A DNA stretch of 64,000 nt from an uncultured Gemmatimonas sp. (GCA_964649225.1 CAZYPO010000006.1:2001-66000); one strand, 5' to 3'. Positions 8,373 through 17,679 are shown, numbered from the stretch's first letter. Made by a program: numbers and translations. Notes: generated from the sequence alone by a model not told the origin.

Positions 8373-9280
8373 GCGAGGCCCTCGCGATTCTCACCGGCTT
8401 TCTGGCCGCGGCGATCCGGATCTCCACGCCCTTGCTGCTGGCGGCCACCGGAGAGCTCATCAACGAGCGCGCCGGAGTGATCAACCTCGGTATCGAAGGC
8501 GCCATGCTGGCCGGGGCGCTGGCCTCGGCCATCGGAGCCGCCACGGGCGGGCCCTGGGTCGGCGTGCTCGCAGCCGTGGGAGCCGGGGTGCTCATCGCAC
8601 TGGTTTTCAGTGCAGTCGCGATTGGAGCCAGGGCCGATCAGATCATCACTGGCACCGCCGTCACCCTCGGCTCCGTTGGTCTGACCGGCGCACTATATAG
8701 GACGGTATTCGGCGCGAGCGGGCCAGGTCTCTCCATTCCCACCTTCGCGGCCTGGCCGGTGCCCGGGCTCCGCACGATTCCAGTCCTTGGACCAGCATTG
8801 TTCGAGCAATCGGCGCTTACCTACCTGGCTTGGCTCCTGGTACCGCTCGCGGCGTGGTTCCTGTTCCGTAGCTGGTGGGGACTCGCGCTCCGCGCGACGG
8901 GAGAATCCGCGGAGGCGGCGCGCGCTTCGGGGGTGCCGGTGCGCAAGCTTCAGTTGCTGGCGACGCTGACAGGTGGAGCGCTGGCCGGGCTGGCGGGCGC
9001 CACCCTGGTGCTCGCGCAGGTCGGAACCTTCGCCGAAAAGATGACCGCCGGCCGGGGATTCATCGCGATCGCGATCGTGGTACTAGGACGCTGGCGCCCG
9101 GGAGGCGTGTTACTGGCCGCACTGCTTTTTGGGGGAGCGAGCGCGTTGCAGTTTGCTTTCCAGGCGATGGGGCTCGCGGTACCCTATCAGTTGTTCCTGG
9201 CCATGCCGTACGCCATCGCTCTGCTGGCCCTAGCCGGCGCGGTGGGGAAAGCGAGAGCGCCGTCAGGGCTCGGTCGCTGA
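8369..9280 (+). CDS. ABC transporter permease (second subunit)
   Basis: Only the C-terminal third of track ORF 7451..9280 looks coding (VSEALAILTGFLAAAIRISTPLLLAATGELINERAGVINLGIEGAML...). GTG 8369 overlaps the upstream stop. Confidence 0.85.
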   Translation: MSEALAILTGFLAAAIRISTPLLLAATGELINERAGVINLGIEGAMLAGALASAIGAATGGPWVGVLAAVGAGVLIALVFSAVAIGARADQIITGTAVTLGSVGLTGALYRTVFGASGPGLSIPTFAAWPVPGLRTIPVLGPALFEQSALTYLAWLLVPLAAWFLFRSWWGLALRATGESAEAARASGVPVRKLQLLATLTGGALAGLAGATLVLAQVGTFAEKMTAGRGFIAIAIVVLGRWRPGGVLLAALLFGGASALQFAFQAMGLAVPYQLFLAMPYAIALLALAGAVGKARAPSGLGR

Positions 9281-10776
9281 GCCGACCCCCAGCGCCGCTT
9301 CAGCTCATCGATCACCGTTAGCCGCACATCGCGCAGAGTCCGCAACACTTTGAGGCCGGAGTTCTGGAGATTCAAGTAGCTCAGATTCTGCTCCCCGCCG
9401 CTCACCAGGAAATCGGGTAGCACGACATTGTAATGCCCCGCGGGGTCGAGCGGCTTACCGCCGATTCGCCAGCCCGCTGCGGTGGGCGCGACGTTCGCGC
9501 GAAGCAGGAAGCCTCCGATACCGCGGTTCGCGTCTCCCTGTTCGAGTACCAGTTCCAGCAGGTTGCCGGTCATCTCCACCTCGAGCAGGTGCCCGCCGAA
9601 CGGCAGCAGGCGAATCACGTCGTATTCGGTGATCGGTCCCGGCGGCAGTACATCGTCGAGACGCACCGCGCCGCTGTTGAGCAGGGCCAGGTCGGCGTCA
9701 GGCGCCTCGGCCAGCAGGGCGCGGGTCAGCAGCTGGGTGAGCTCGTTCTCCCGCACGCGGATGATCACGGCTCGGGCGTCGAGCGCGAGCGGCACCGTCG
9801 CCACCGCGCGATCGGGCTCCAGGCCGTCGCCGCGAAACGCCGCATAGCCCAGTTCGGTCCAATGCTTCACCTCTGCGGCGACCGCGGGGCTCTCGGGAAT
9901 CGAGTCGGTAATAGGCAGGAGCCGCCAGCTCGCGACCGGCCGAGCTCCGGACCGCACCGCGAGATCCACGATTGCCACAGTGCGCACGTTCGCGTCCGCC
10001 TTGATGACCGGCGTCAGCCGGGAACCGCGGCGGATCACCCAGTTCTCGTGCTCGTGACCGCCGAGAATCAGGTCGAGCTCAGGGAGCTCCTCCGCGAGAG
10101 TGGCGTCGGTTTGCAGGGTAAGATGGGTGAGCGCCACGATCACGTCCGCACTGTCCCGGATGCGCGCGATCTCTTCACGCAGCGCGTCGAGGGCCGGGCG
10201 ATAGCGCAGGGTCGGGCGCCGCACCTGATCGATCGTAGCCGCGACGATGCCGAGCCGTGCGACGCGCCCCCTGGCATCACTGAGCCGGAGGATCAGGTGC
10301 CGCGGCATGTCGAGCAGGGGCCGGCCTAGCGAATCAGTGACGTTGCTGGTGACGTAGGCAAAGCGGGACTCGGCCACCCGCTTGGCCAGCTCCGCATCGG
10401 AAAGATCGAACTCGTGGTTGCCGAGGGTGGCGACGTCGAGACCAGCGGCGTTGAGCACCGCGATCATCTGGCGGCCAGCCAGCCGCTCGCCGTTGACGCG
10501 CGCCGTACCGATCGCCGAGGGGGAAACGAAGTCACCGCCCAGCAGCATGCGCGTATTGGGGTTTTCCCGCTTCAGCCGCTCCAGCACGGTGGCAACACGG
10601 GCGAGCCCGCCGGCCCTGCCGCCCTCGACCGGGGTGATTTCATAGACGTCGTTGATGTGAAGCAGGGTGACGTGCATGGTTCCCTCGGCGGCGGTTGCCG
10701 GCGTGGGGACCGGGCTCGGCGCGCAGGCGGCGAGGGCCGCGAGCGCGAGCAGCAGTCGGTTCATTGTTCGATTCAT
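9187..10776 (-). CDS. secreted bifunctional metallophosphatase/5'-nucleotidase (UshA-like)
   Basis: 529 aa. Signal peptide, metallophosphatase motifs HINDVYE, GGDFVSPS, GNHEFD, then a 5'-nucleotidase C-terminal-like region. The last ~30 aa overlap the permease 3' end and look low-complexity. Confidence 0.85.
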   Translation of the reverse strand: MNRTMNRLLLALAALAACAPSPVPTPATAAEGTMHVTLLHINDVYEITPVEGGRAGGLARVATVLERLKRENPNTRMLLGGDFVSPSAIGTARVNGERLAGRQMIAVLNAAGLDVATLGNHEFDLSDAELAKRVAESRFAYVTSNVTDSLGRPLLDMPRHLILRLSDARGRVARLGIVAATIDQVRRPTLRYRPALDALREEIARIRDSADVIVALTHLTLQTDATLAEELPELDLILGGHEHENWVIRRGSRLTPVIKADANVRTVAIVDLAVRSGARPVASWRLLPITDSIPESPAVAAEVKHWTELGYAAFRGDGLEPDRAVATVPLALDARAVIIRVRENELTQLLTRALLAEAPDADLALLNSGAVRLDDVLPPGPITEYDVIRLLPFGGHLLEVEMTGNLLELVLEQGDANRGIGGFLLRANVAPTAAGWRIGGKPLDPAGHYNVVLPDFLVSGGEQNLSYLNLQNSGLKVLRTLRDVRLTVIDELKRRWGSAQRPSPDGALAFPTAPARASRAMAYGMARNN

Positions 10777-11954
10777 TCCTTTCGGGCCAGATCCACGATC
10801 AACGGGAGGTGATCCGATCCCAGATCGGGTCCCACGATCGCGCGGAGCGGGCGCCAGCCGCCGCAGCTCAGTACGTGATCGATACGGAGGGAGAAGTGCG
10901 GCAGGACGCGGGTCCAGCCGAAGCCGTGGCCCACGCTGGAGAACGCGTTGCGACAGCTTCCCCAGTGGGTGCGGTAGATGGTGCTCTCGACCGGCATGTT
11001 GAAGTCCCCCGCAATGATGACCGAAGTGCTTTGCTGTCGGAGCCAGCGGCTCAGGCGGCGAGAGCCGACCTCGCGCACGAGCACGTTGCGCTCCATCGCG
11101 GCAATCTGGTTGCCGTAGCGCAGGGGCTCGAGGCCCTTACGGGGCGTCTCGAGATGAATGATTCCGAGATCGATCGGGCCGGCCGCGGTCGCCAGGCGGT
11201 AGAAGACCGCGCTTCCAGTGCCGCCCTGTTCGCCGGTCAGCACCCGCTCGAGCGTTTTGACCTGGAGGACGGGGAAGCGACTGGCCAGACAGAGGCCCTG
11301 TTCGGATCGCAGGGTCCATCCCCCAGGCCAATACGTCGGATCCAGCAGCCCCGCGGCGCATTCCTGGAACACGACGATGTCGGGCTGGTAGGGCTCGACC
11401 CCCTGGGGAATGGCCAGCAGCCGCGGGTTTTCGGCGCCGCGCACGTTGAAGGTGATGAGGCGCAGGTCGTGGGGTGTCGAGCCAGCCAGCCAGCCGCGCC
11501 AGCCGACCCGGTAGCCCATCGCCGGGCCGAGGCTCACGAGAACGCCGAGGCTGAGAGGCAGCAGCAGGCGGGGGCGGGTCAGCGACACGACGATAGCGAG
11601 CAGGGGCGCGGGCAGCAGCAGGGGCCAGCGCGGGATGAAGAGCAGGACCGTGGCGAGCCACCAGGAATCTCCGCCCAGCCAGAGCAGCGCGGTGTAGGCG
11701 ACGGTGAGGGCTAGATACCCCCAGGCCAGGAGGGCGAGCAGCCTCGCTACGCGGGGAGAGACCTCCAGTCGGCGGAAGCGTAGTCGTGGAAACCGGAAGC
11801 GGCGGCGCGGGCGGGCTGGGGTGGGGGAGGAGGGCGGTTTCGCCGCGGCGGCGATCGGAAGGATTCTTCCGCAGCGGCAGCGGATGGCCTGGCCGGCGTG
11901 GGTAGGGTCGGCGAAATAGAGCTGGCCGCAAGTGCAGCGGATTTCGAGCTTCAG
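10773..11954 (-). CDS. endonuclease/exonuclease/phosphatase (EEP) family protein with N-terminal zinc-ribbon + TM extension; start uncertain
   Basis: EEP motifs LRLITFNVRG, DIVVFQEC, IIAGDFNMP, SDHLPL. The track start (GTG 11588) sits inside a TM region. The frame stays open up to the TGA at 12072-12074 and encodes EIRCTCGQLYFADPTHAGQAIRCRCGRILP plus two more TM helices. There is no ATG/GTG/TTG; a CTG at 11954 lies 5 nt after GAGG. Confidence 0.6.
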   Translation of the reverse strand: MKLEIRCTCGQLYFADPTHAGQAIRCRCGRILPIAAAAKPPSSPTPARPRRRFRFPRLRFRRLEVSPRVARLLALLAWGYLALTVAYTALLWLGGDSWWLATVLLFIPRWPLLLPAPLLAIVVSLTRPRLLLPLSLGVLVSLGPAMGYRVGWRGWLAGSTPHDLRLITFNVRGAENPRLLAIPQGVEPYQPDIVVFQECAAGLLDPTYWPGGWTLRSEQGLCLASRFPVLQVKTLERVLTGEQGGTGSAVFYRLATAAGPIDLGIIHLETPRKGLEPLRYGNQIAAMERNVLVREVGSRRLSRWLRQQSTSVIIAGDFNMPVESTIYRTHWGSCRNAFSSVGHGFGWTRVLPHFSLRIDHVLSCGGWRPLRAIVGPDLGSDHLPLIVDLARKE

Positions 11955-12117
11955 GATTGCCTCGACGCGCGGGGGAACGGGACCGGCTGGAATATGGGGG
12001 GGATGGCGGCGGGGCAGGATGGTTGGCGGTGGGGATAAGGGAGGGGTAGGATTGGCGGGACAGGGTGCGGGTCAAGCACGAGTTAGGTGGCGGACCGCGC
12101 AAGAAGGGAGCGATCAA

Positions 12118-12462
12118 ATGATGACCGTTGCACTCGCGGGCGTGACGCTGCACGTTGCCGATGTCGAACGCTCGCTCGCGTTTTACCGCCAGTTGCCCGG
12201 TGCCACCCTGCTGTTCCATATGCCCGACCGCTTTGCGATGCTGAAGTTCGGGACCAGTCGACTCGGACTCCTTGCTGATCAGAAGCGCCAGTTCCACGTG
12301 GAGTTGGAGGTTTCGGATCTCGACGCTGCAGCGACGGCATTGCGGGAGCTCGGGATCGCGGCGGACGGCCCAACAACGCGACCTTGGGGTGAGCGTGACA
12401 TCCTGGTATATGACCCGGACGGTTATCTCCTTGAGTTTGGCGCCGCGCGGGCGACCCACTGA
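12118..12462 (+). CDS. VOC family (glyoxalase/bleomycin-resistance fold) protein
   Basis: MMTVALAGVTLHVADVERSLAFYRQL...WGERDILVYDPDGYLLEF. GGGAG Shine-Dalgarno (SD) sequence upstream. The track start at 11932 lies in the intergenic region. Confidence 0.85.
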   Translation: MMTVALAGVTLHVADVERSLAFYRQLPGATLLFHMPDRFAMLKFGTSRLGLLADQKRQFHVELEVSDLDAAATALRELGIAADGPTTRPWGERDILVYDPDGYLLEFGAARATH

Positions 12463-12527
12463 CGGTCGCAGTCCCATACGATTGTCCGTCGCCAAAGCGT
12501 CCCCCAATGTCTTTCTGAGGAGCGCCC

Positions 12528-13073
12528 GTGTCTGGTCCCTCCCTTTTGACCTTGAGCGACATTGATAGCACCTTCCTTCCCCTCGCCCCTATGCCCCATC
12601 GCTTCCTGACGGACCCAGGGATCCCTGCACTCGGCCTCGTCTCCCTCGTGGTCCTTTTGGTGCCAAGTTGCCAGCCACGCCCCGGCACATCGGAGCCGTT
12701 TCCCGGTTACGTCCACATACTTGCCGGCCCGGACTGCCCACCAGCTGGTGGCCGCGCGGTTTCCCTGGTCTTCCGGCCCGAGCCCGATTCCTTCGACGCA
12801 ATCGGGCCACAGCTCCGGATCGCGGTTTGGCGAGAGCTCCGCTCCCTCCCGGGCCAGACATTCTCATCCGCCGATCGCCCGAGTGTTGGTGGAGGCTACG
12901 AGTGCGCCGACTCCACCACCTGTGCTCCACTTCACGACTGGCGCGTTCGCTTCGAGCCCATGGGGCCAGACAGCGCGCTGGCCGGCGAGCTCAAAGTCCA
13001 GGGGGATAATGGTCCGATCCGCGGTGGGCGTTTCCGAGCACTCTGGCGCTCACGCATCGTGTACTGTATCTAG
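12528..13073 (+). CDS. hypothetical protein (possible lipoprotein)
   Basis: 181 aa. GAGGAG SD 5 nt before the GTG. Hydrophobic segment ending in VPSC. No family recognised. Confidence 0.5.
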   Translation: MSGPSLLTLSDIDSTFLPLAPMPHRFLTDPGIPALGLVSLVVLLVPSCQPRPGTSEPFPGYVHILAGPDCPPAGGRAVSLVFRPEPDSFDAIGPQLRIAVWRELRSLPGQTFSSADRPSVGGGYECADSTTCAPLHDWRVRFEPMGPDSALAGELKVQGDNGPIRGGRFRALWRSRIVYCI

Positions 13074-13705
13074 CCCGCAGCCAGCAACCGAGGGAGTGCT
13101 TGAGGCGCAGGGCGTCAGGTGGCATCCGATTGGCCGCCAAGAGAGACCCGCCGCACTCGAGGCGGACACCCGCGCTTGAACCTGACCGGGCGTAAGATCG
13201 CGTTCGCGCCGTGCACGTTGTGCCTGGCATCCGCGTCCGGCCGGACGAAAGGATGGTCCACTGGGTCCCCGTTTCGGAAGGCTCGCGCGCTATGCAGGCC
13301 TCTCCCTCGGGTGCTATTTCGGACTCGGCATGGCTGGTTGCTTCAACCACCCATTTCCGCTTCCCCCACCCGCCAGTCCACGCTCCCTGGCCTGTGTACT
13401 CAACGAGCTTGGACGCATGGGCTATGTGGTCAGCATGAGTCCGCCTGGCTCGCCGTGGTACCAAGCGTCTCGCTCGAGAGAGGCTGGTGGCGACGAGATA
13501 TGGATCCGGCTTGTGGAGGACAGCCTACGAACTCCATGGCTTGACTTTCGGCCCACGAGCTGGAATCAATCGTCGCCGGCGCCAATCCCTGACGGGCAGC
13601 CGGGGCCGGTCCTGATGCCGCCGTCGGGGTCGCAGACCGGCGAAGACATCCGCACCGTCCGTGAGCGCTGTGGGGGACCTTGAGGCGACCCGGGAGGGAG
13701 GCCGT

Positions 13706-14581
13706 ATGAGGCCCTTCCAGGTGTCGGCGGTTGTGGCGGTTCTTGGGGGCGGGACCCTCATCGCAGCGGTCGGCACCGACGTCCGGCCGTGGAAGCCGGC
13801 AGGCATCTCGAGTCCCCAGTTCGAATCGCATCCCGCCTTCGATCCCAGAACGGGCGATCTCTATTTCGTGCGCAGCTCGCCCCAGTTCACCGGCTGGCGA
13901 ATCCTGGTCAGTCGATGCACCGGAATGGGATGGTCCGCCCCCCAGCCTCCTGCTTTTGCCGGAGATGGCGTAGAAGCCGACCCTTACTTCACTCCAGATG
14001 GCCGCAGCCTGTATTTCATCTCCACGCGCTCGGTGGACGGAGTGAAGCGCAGGGATCTCGACATCTGGCGGGTGGATCGTGACGACGCGGGCTCTTGGGG
14101 CGCTCCCACGCGCCTGCCCGAGCCGGTGAACTCCCCCGGGGCCGAGTGGTTCCCGAGGCCTGGGGCCGACGGCTGGCTCTACTTTGGATCGGCCCGACCC
14201 GGCGGATTCGGAGGGACTGATATCTGGCGGGCGCGCCCCGAACCGGCTGGGCGGTGGACCGTGGAGAATCTCGGTGCGGCGGTGAATACACCCGGCGACG
14301 ATTACGAGCCGCTGCCCGCCCCCGACGGATCGCGGATGATCCTCATGGCGGAGGGAGGCCTCTATGAAACGCACAGGACCGCGACGGGGTGGACCCCGCG
14401 AACCAAACTCGGCCCCGAGGTCAACCAGAATGGAACGGAGATCGGGGCCTTGTTCTCCCCCAGTGGATGGTCGCTGCTATTTGCCCGGGACACGAAGGGT
14501 GGGGATTCCGGGGAGTTTTTTGTGTGGTATGAGCACGGCCCCGAGGCATGGCCCCCTGACTGCCCAGCCCGTGGCCCGTGA
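13706..14581 (+). CDS. PD40/WD40-like beta-propeller repeat protein (TolB-like)
   Basis: Repeated motifs (ESHPAFDPRTGDLYF, EADPYFTPDGRSLYFIS, AEWFPRPGADGWLYFGS, DDYEPLPAPDGSRMIL). GGGAGGGAGG SD before ATG 13706. Confidence 0.8.
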   Translation: MRPFQVSAVVAVLGGGTLIAAVGTDVRPWKPAGISSPQFESHPAFDPRTGDLYFVRSSPQFTGWRILVSRCTGMGWSAPQPPAFAGDGVEADPYFTPDGRSLYFISTRSVDGVKRRDLDIWRVDRDDAGSWGAPTRLPEPVNSPGAEWFPRPGADGWLYFGSARPGGFGGTDIWRARPEPAGRWTVENLGAAVNTPGDDYEPLPAPDGSRMILMAEGGLYETHRTATGWTPRTKLGPEVNQNGTEIGALFSPSGWSLLFARDTKGGDSGEFFVWYEHGPEAWPPDCPARGP

Positions 14582-14744
14582 CACCCCGCGCTACGGCGTG
14601 CCGACGCCGGCATCTTCTTTGTCGCGGCTCCGTCGCCCATTCGGGGCGCCTCCGGTTCCCTCCTCAACCCAATCGCAGTGTTCTGAGGCAGTCTCGCGCG
14701 GCGACATAACTGAGCAGTGCTTCTCCCTTCAGAGAACAGCTACT

Positions 14745-15206
14745 GTGGATACTCTTGCTCAAGATGGATCACGCGCTCGACTGATCAGCCGACTTCGGCG
14801 CCTTACTCCCCACACCGAGCGCCGCTGGGGATCACTGACCGCGGCCGAGATGCTCTGCCACCTCGGCGACACCTGCGACTCGGTTCTTGGGGTCCGAGTT
14901 CCTCCGGGACCGCCCGCGTCAGGCAAGGCCAAGCCGGTCCTCAAATGGCTTATTCTGTACTCGCCGATGCCGTGGCCGAAGGGTGCACGAACGCGCCCAG
15001 GCGTGGATCCTCGCCGGGACGGTACGCGCCCAGGCCAATTTGAGCAGGACCGGGGCCGTGTCATTAACGGCCTGGCCGAGTTGGCCGCCGCGCCCGCAGA
15101 GCGTCTGGCAGCTGTCCATTTCATGGTTGGACCGATGTCCCGTAAGGACTGGCACCGATGGGCATACAAGCACGTAGATCATCACCTCCGGCAGTTTGGT
15201 CTGTGA
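14745..15206 (+). CDS. DUF1569 (DinB-like) family protein
   Basis: The C-terminal part of track ORF 14364..15206 matches the DUF1569 pattern (RWGSLTAAEMLCHLGD...HFMVGPMSRKDWHRWAYKHVDHHLRQFGL). GTG 14745 gives the usual ~150 aa length. Confidence 0.75.
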   Translation: MDTLAQDGSRARLISRLRRLTPHTERRWGSLTAAEMLCHLGDTCDSVLGVRVPPGPPASGKAKPVLKWLILYSPMPWPKGARTRPGVDPRRDGTRPGQFEQDRGRVINGLAELAAAPAERLAAVHFMVGPMSRKDWHRWAYKHVDHHLRQFGL

Positions 15207-15288
15207 CGTGAGGGCGGTTCCCCTCCGGGCCAGCCGGAGTACGATCCCATGACTCGGACGCCGCGCCGAGCTGACTCATAATCCCGAC

Positions 15289-15993
15289 ATGCGCAAGCTT
15301 CAGATTGCCCTCATCGGCGATTATGACCCTGCGGTGATTGCCCACCAAGCGATACCGCAGGCGCTAACGCTCGCAGCAAGGCATGGGGCTCTAGCCGTTC
15401 ATCCCCGTTGGATCCATACCACCCTGCTTGCGAATACCGACCTCCTCTCGGAAGCCGATGGCGTCTGGTGTGTGCCGGCAAGCCCCTACACGAACACCGC
15501 GGGCGTCTTGGCGGTCATCCGAATGGCTCGCGAAGCGGGCATTCCATTTCTAGGTACGTGCGGCGGGTTCCAACATGCCGTGTTGGAAGCGGCAGCTTCC
15601 CTCTGGCACCTCGATTCTCCGAGTCACGCGGAGCTGGATCCCGACGCGGTGAATCCCGTCGTCGTCGCGCTAAGCTGCTCGCTCGTCGAGGTTTCCGGAC
15701 ATATCCGGTTCGCGCCCAGATCCCGTCTTGCCGCCGCCTACGGCCGGCTGGAAGCCGAGGAGCAATACCATTGTCGCTACGGGCTGAATCCGCTTTACGC
15801 GCATCATCTCACCACCGGGGCGCTGCACGCCACCGCATGGGATCGAGCGGGGGACGTTCGTGCCGTGGAGCTCGATGACCATCCGTTCTTCGTGGCCACA
15901 CTATTCCAGCCGGAGCGGGCGGCGTTAGCGGGGAAGGCTCCACCCCTCGTGAGTGCGTTCCTCCGAGCGATCAGCTCGCGCGTGGCAGTCTAA
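15289..15993 (+). CDS. class I glutamine amidotransferase-like protein (CTP synthase C-terminal region-related)
   Basis: 234 aa. Nucleophile elbow FLGTCGGFQH. C-terminal block HPFFVATLFQPE resembles the CTP synthase HPWFV..QFHPE block, but with Q where the triad His is expected. Confidence 0.8.
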   Translation: MRKLQIALIGDYDPAVIAHQAIPQALTLAARHGALAVHPRWIHTTLLANTDLLSEADGVWCVPASPYTNTAGVLAVIRMAREAGIPFLGTCGGFQHAVLEAAASLWHLDSPSHAELDPDAVNPVVVALSCSLVEVSGHIRFAPRSRLAAAYGRLEAEEQYHCRYGLNPLYAHHLTTGALHATAWDRAGDVRAVELDDHPFFVATLFQPERAALAGKAPPLVSAFLRAISSRVAV

Positions 15994-16004
15994 CCTCACA
16001 CCAA

Positions 16005-16598
16005 TTGATGACCACCGGGCGAGCAGGGATCGGCTTTCGGGTCAAGACAGGGTATGCCACCGCCATCGTCTTGACCGCTCGGGCAACTGGCCCGGAGTTT
16101 TTCGTTCGACAACAGGTACTGCTCTCGGACCTCGACGACGACGACTCCCGCCAGCCCTACCATGCGGCGTTGGAGCGGGGTGAACGCGTTGGGGCAGCGG
16201 TCGTCAAGAAAGCCCGCCGGGATGCAGAAGGCCGGGCGGCAGCGGCGCTCCATGATCTTGTCCTGGCGGCAACTCGGAGCGGGTCAGAGCCGCGGTCGAT
16301 CGGGCTGGTCGTCGGGAGCGATGTCGATCCCCGCAGCCTCGGCAATCCTCACATTCGCGCCCACGCGCTTGAAGGGCGTTTCTATCGGGAGGTCCTCGAA
16401 GCGGCCGCGGCTGGCGCGGGCATGCGCAGCATCATGTTGCTCGAACGGGAAGCGTTCGAGACGGCAGGTCGGCTGCTGACTTGCGGCCCGGCTCAGCTCA
16501 AAGAGGCCTTGGCCCGGCTTGGGGAGGCTGCGGGACGTCCATGGCGGCGGGACGAACAACTCGCTACTCTGGCGTCCTGGGTGGCGCTCGCCTCCTGA
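16005..16598 (+). CDS. hypothetical protein
   Basis: 197 aa, good coding appearance, 11 nt after the GATase-like gene. No family recognised. Confidence 0.6.
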   Translation: MMTTGRAGIGFRVKTGYATAIVLTARATGPEFFVRQQVLLSDLDDDDSRQPYHAALERGERVGAAVVKKARRDAEGRAAAALHDLVLAATRSGSEPRSIGLVVGSDVDPRSLGNPHIRAHALEGRFYREVLEAAAAGAGMRSIMLLEREAFETAGRLLTCGPAQLKEALARLGEAAGRPWRRDEQLATLASWVALAS

Positions 16599-16640
16599 CC
16601 CGAGTTTGAATGCTAGGTTCAGATCTCCTTCGCCGAGTCC

Positions 16641-17123
16641 ATGTCCGAATCCTGGCGGACCCGCCTGGCACGTTGGCAATTCAATCTGTTCCCGGCGTAT
16701 CGCGGAACCGGGGGCCGCGTCACCTACATTCGCCACGACTGGACGGAGATCCGGGTCCGTGTCCCGCTCTCCCGGCGGACCCGGAACTACGTCGGCACGA
16801 TCTACGGGGGCAGTATCTATGGGGCCGTGGATCCCATCTACATGCTCATGCTCATCAAGTGCCTCGGCCCCGACTACATCGTTTGGGACAAGGCCGCCTC
16901 CATCCGGTTTCGGCGCCCCGGTCGCTCCACGCTGTACGCCACGTTTCAGCTTGGGCCGGACAGGCTGGCCGGCATTCGGGAGGAGTTGGCTAAGGTTCCG
17001 AGGCTCGACCGGGTCTTCACGGTGGAGTTACGGGATGCGGCGGGCACGCTGCACGCAGTGGTCGAGAAGACGCTTCACGTGAGCCGGCGGACGACGGAGG
17101 GAGCGGGGCAGGAACAACCCTAG
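16641..17123 (+). CDS. DUF4442 / hotdog-fold thioesterase-like protein
   Basis: 160 aa. FNLFPAYRGTGGRVTYIRHDWTEIRVRVPL...GTIYGGSIYGAVDPIYMLML is typical of the YiiD_C/DUF4442 family. Confidence 0.8.
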   Translation: MSESWRTRLARWQFNLFPAYRGTGGRVTYIRHDWTEIRVRVPLSRRTRNYVGTIYGGSIYGAVDPIYMLMLIKCLGPDYIVWDKAASIRFRRPGRSTLYATFQLGPDRLAGIREELAKVPRLDRVFTVELRDAAGTLHAVVEKTLHVSRRTTEGAGQEQP

Positions 17124-17329
17124 AGCGCCCGGCCAACGAGTCCCACGGGAGGCTGTCCCCCGAGCTCTTGTACCGCCGAATGGCCGGATCCGGGCCCTCG
17201 GTTTCCCTGGGATGGAGGGTCCGGGAGGTAACCGCCCGTCCGCGATGACGGGAATCCGCCCGATTCGGCGCAATGCGATCTAAAAGCCCATGGGTGCCCC
17301 AGATGGTTATTCCATCCAAGGAGTAGTCG

Positions 17330-17656
17330 ATGCCGGTTCGCCCACCCGCTCCACGGCGCACTCCAATGCTCGCCTTGCTCGCCGCCCTCGTGATCGCGTG
17401 CTCCTCTGGTGGCGGAGGGATCGAAGGCAAGTACTACAACAGCATGTCCGGCGAGTTCGCGATGGAGCTCCAGGGCGGGAAGGTCCTGACCATACAGGGC
17501 CAGGAGGGGCGGGCGACGACCTACGAGGTCCGCGGAGACAGTCTGGTCATTCACGATCCGCGGCGGGGCATGGCGGATCAGATGACCTTTGGCATCGAGC
17601 GGGATGGTACGCTGAGCCTCGGTCCCCTCGGCTCGCTGACCAAGAACAAAAAATAG
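17330..17656 (+). CDS. small lipoprotein, hypothetical
   Basis: 108 aa. AAGGAG SD. Signal peptide with lipobox VIACSS. Confidence 0.65.
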   Translation: MPVRPPAPRRTPMLALLAALVIACSSGGGGIEGKYYNSMSGEFAMELQGGKVLTIQGQEGRATTYEVRGDSLVIHDPRRGMADQMTFGIERDGTLSLGPLGSLTKNKK

Positions 17657-17679
17657 CTGTCCGCCCGGAGGACATTAGC

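Noticed and set aside
11137-12507. 456-aa minus-strand ORF
   Set aside because: A proline/arginine-rich low-complexity translation that overlaps the EEP gene and the VOC gene in other frames. A typical GC-driven shadow ORF.
13074-13705. Possible gene(s) in the 630-bp gap before the PD40 protein (track ORFs 13119.., 13211.., 13330.., 12991..13464-)
   Set aside because: No frame gives a recognisable domain, SD or signal. The best candidate (13330..13683, ...LACVLNELGRMGYVV...IWIRLVED...) is too weak to call. It may be another relic.
17124-17329. Possible riboswitch or structured leader upstream of the small lipoprotein gene (local hairpin cccgtc-cgcgat-gacggg)
   Set aside because: No match to any riboswitch consensus I know. 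A single short hairpin in GC-rich DNA is expected by chance.
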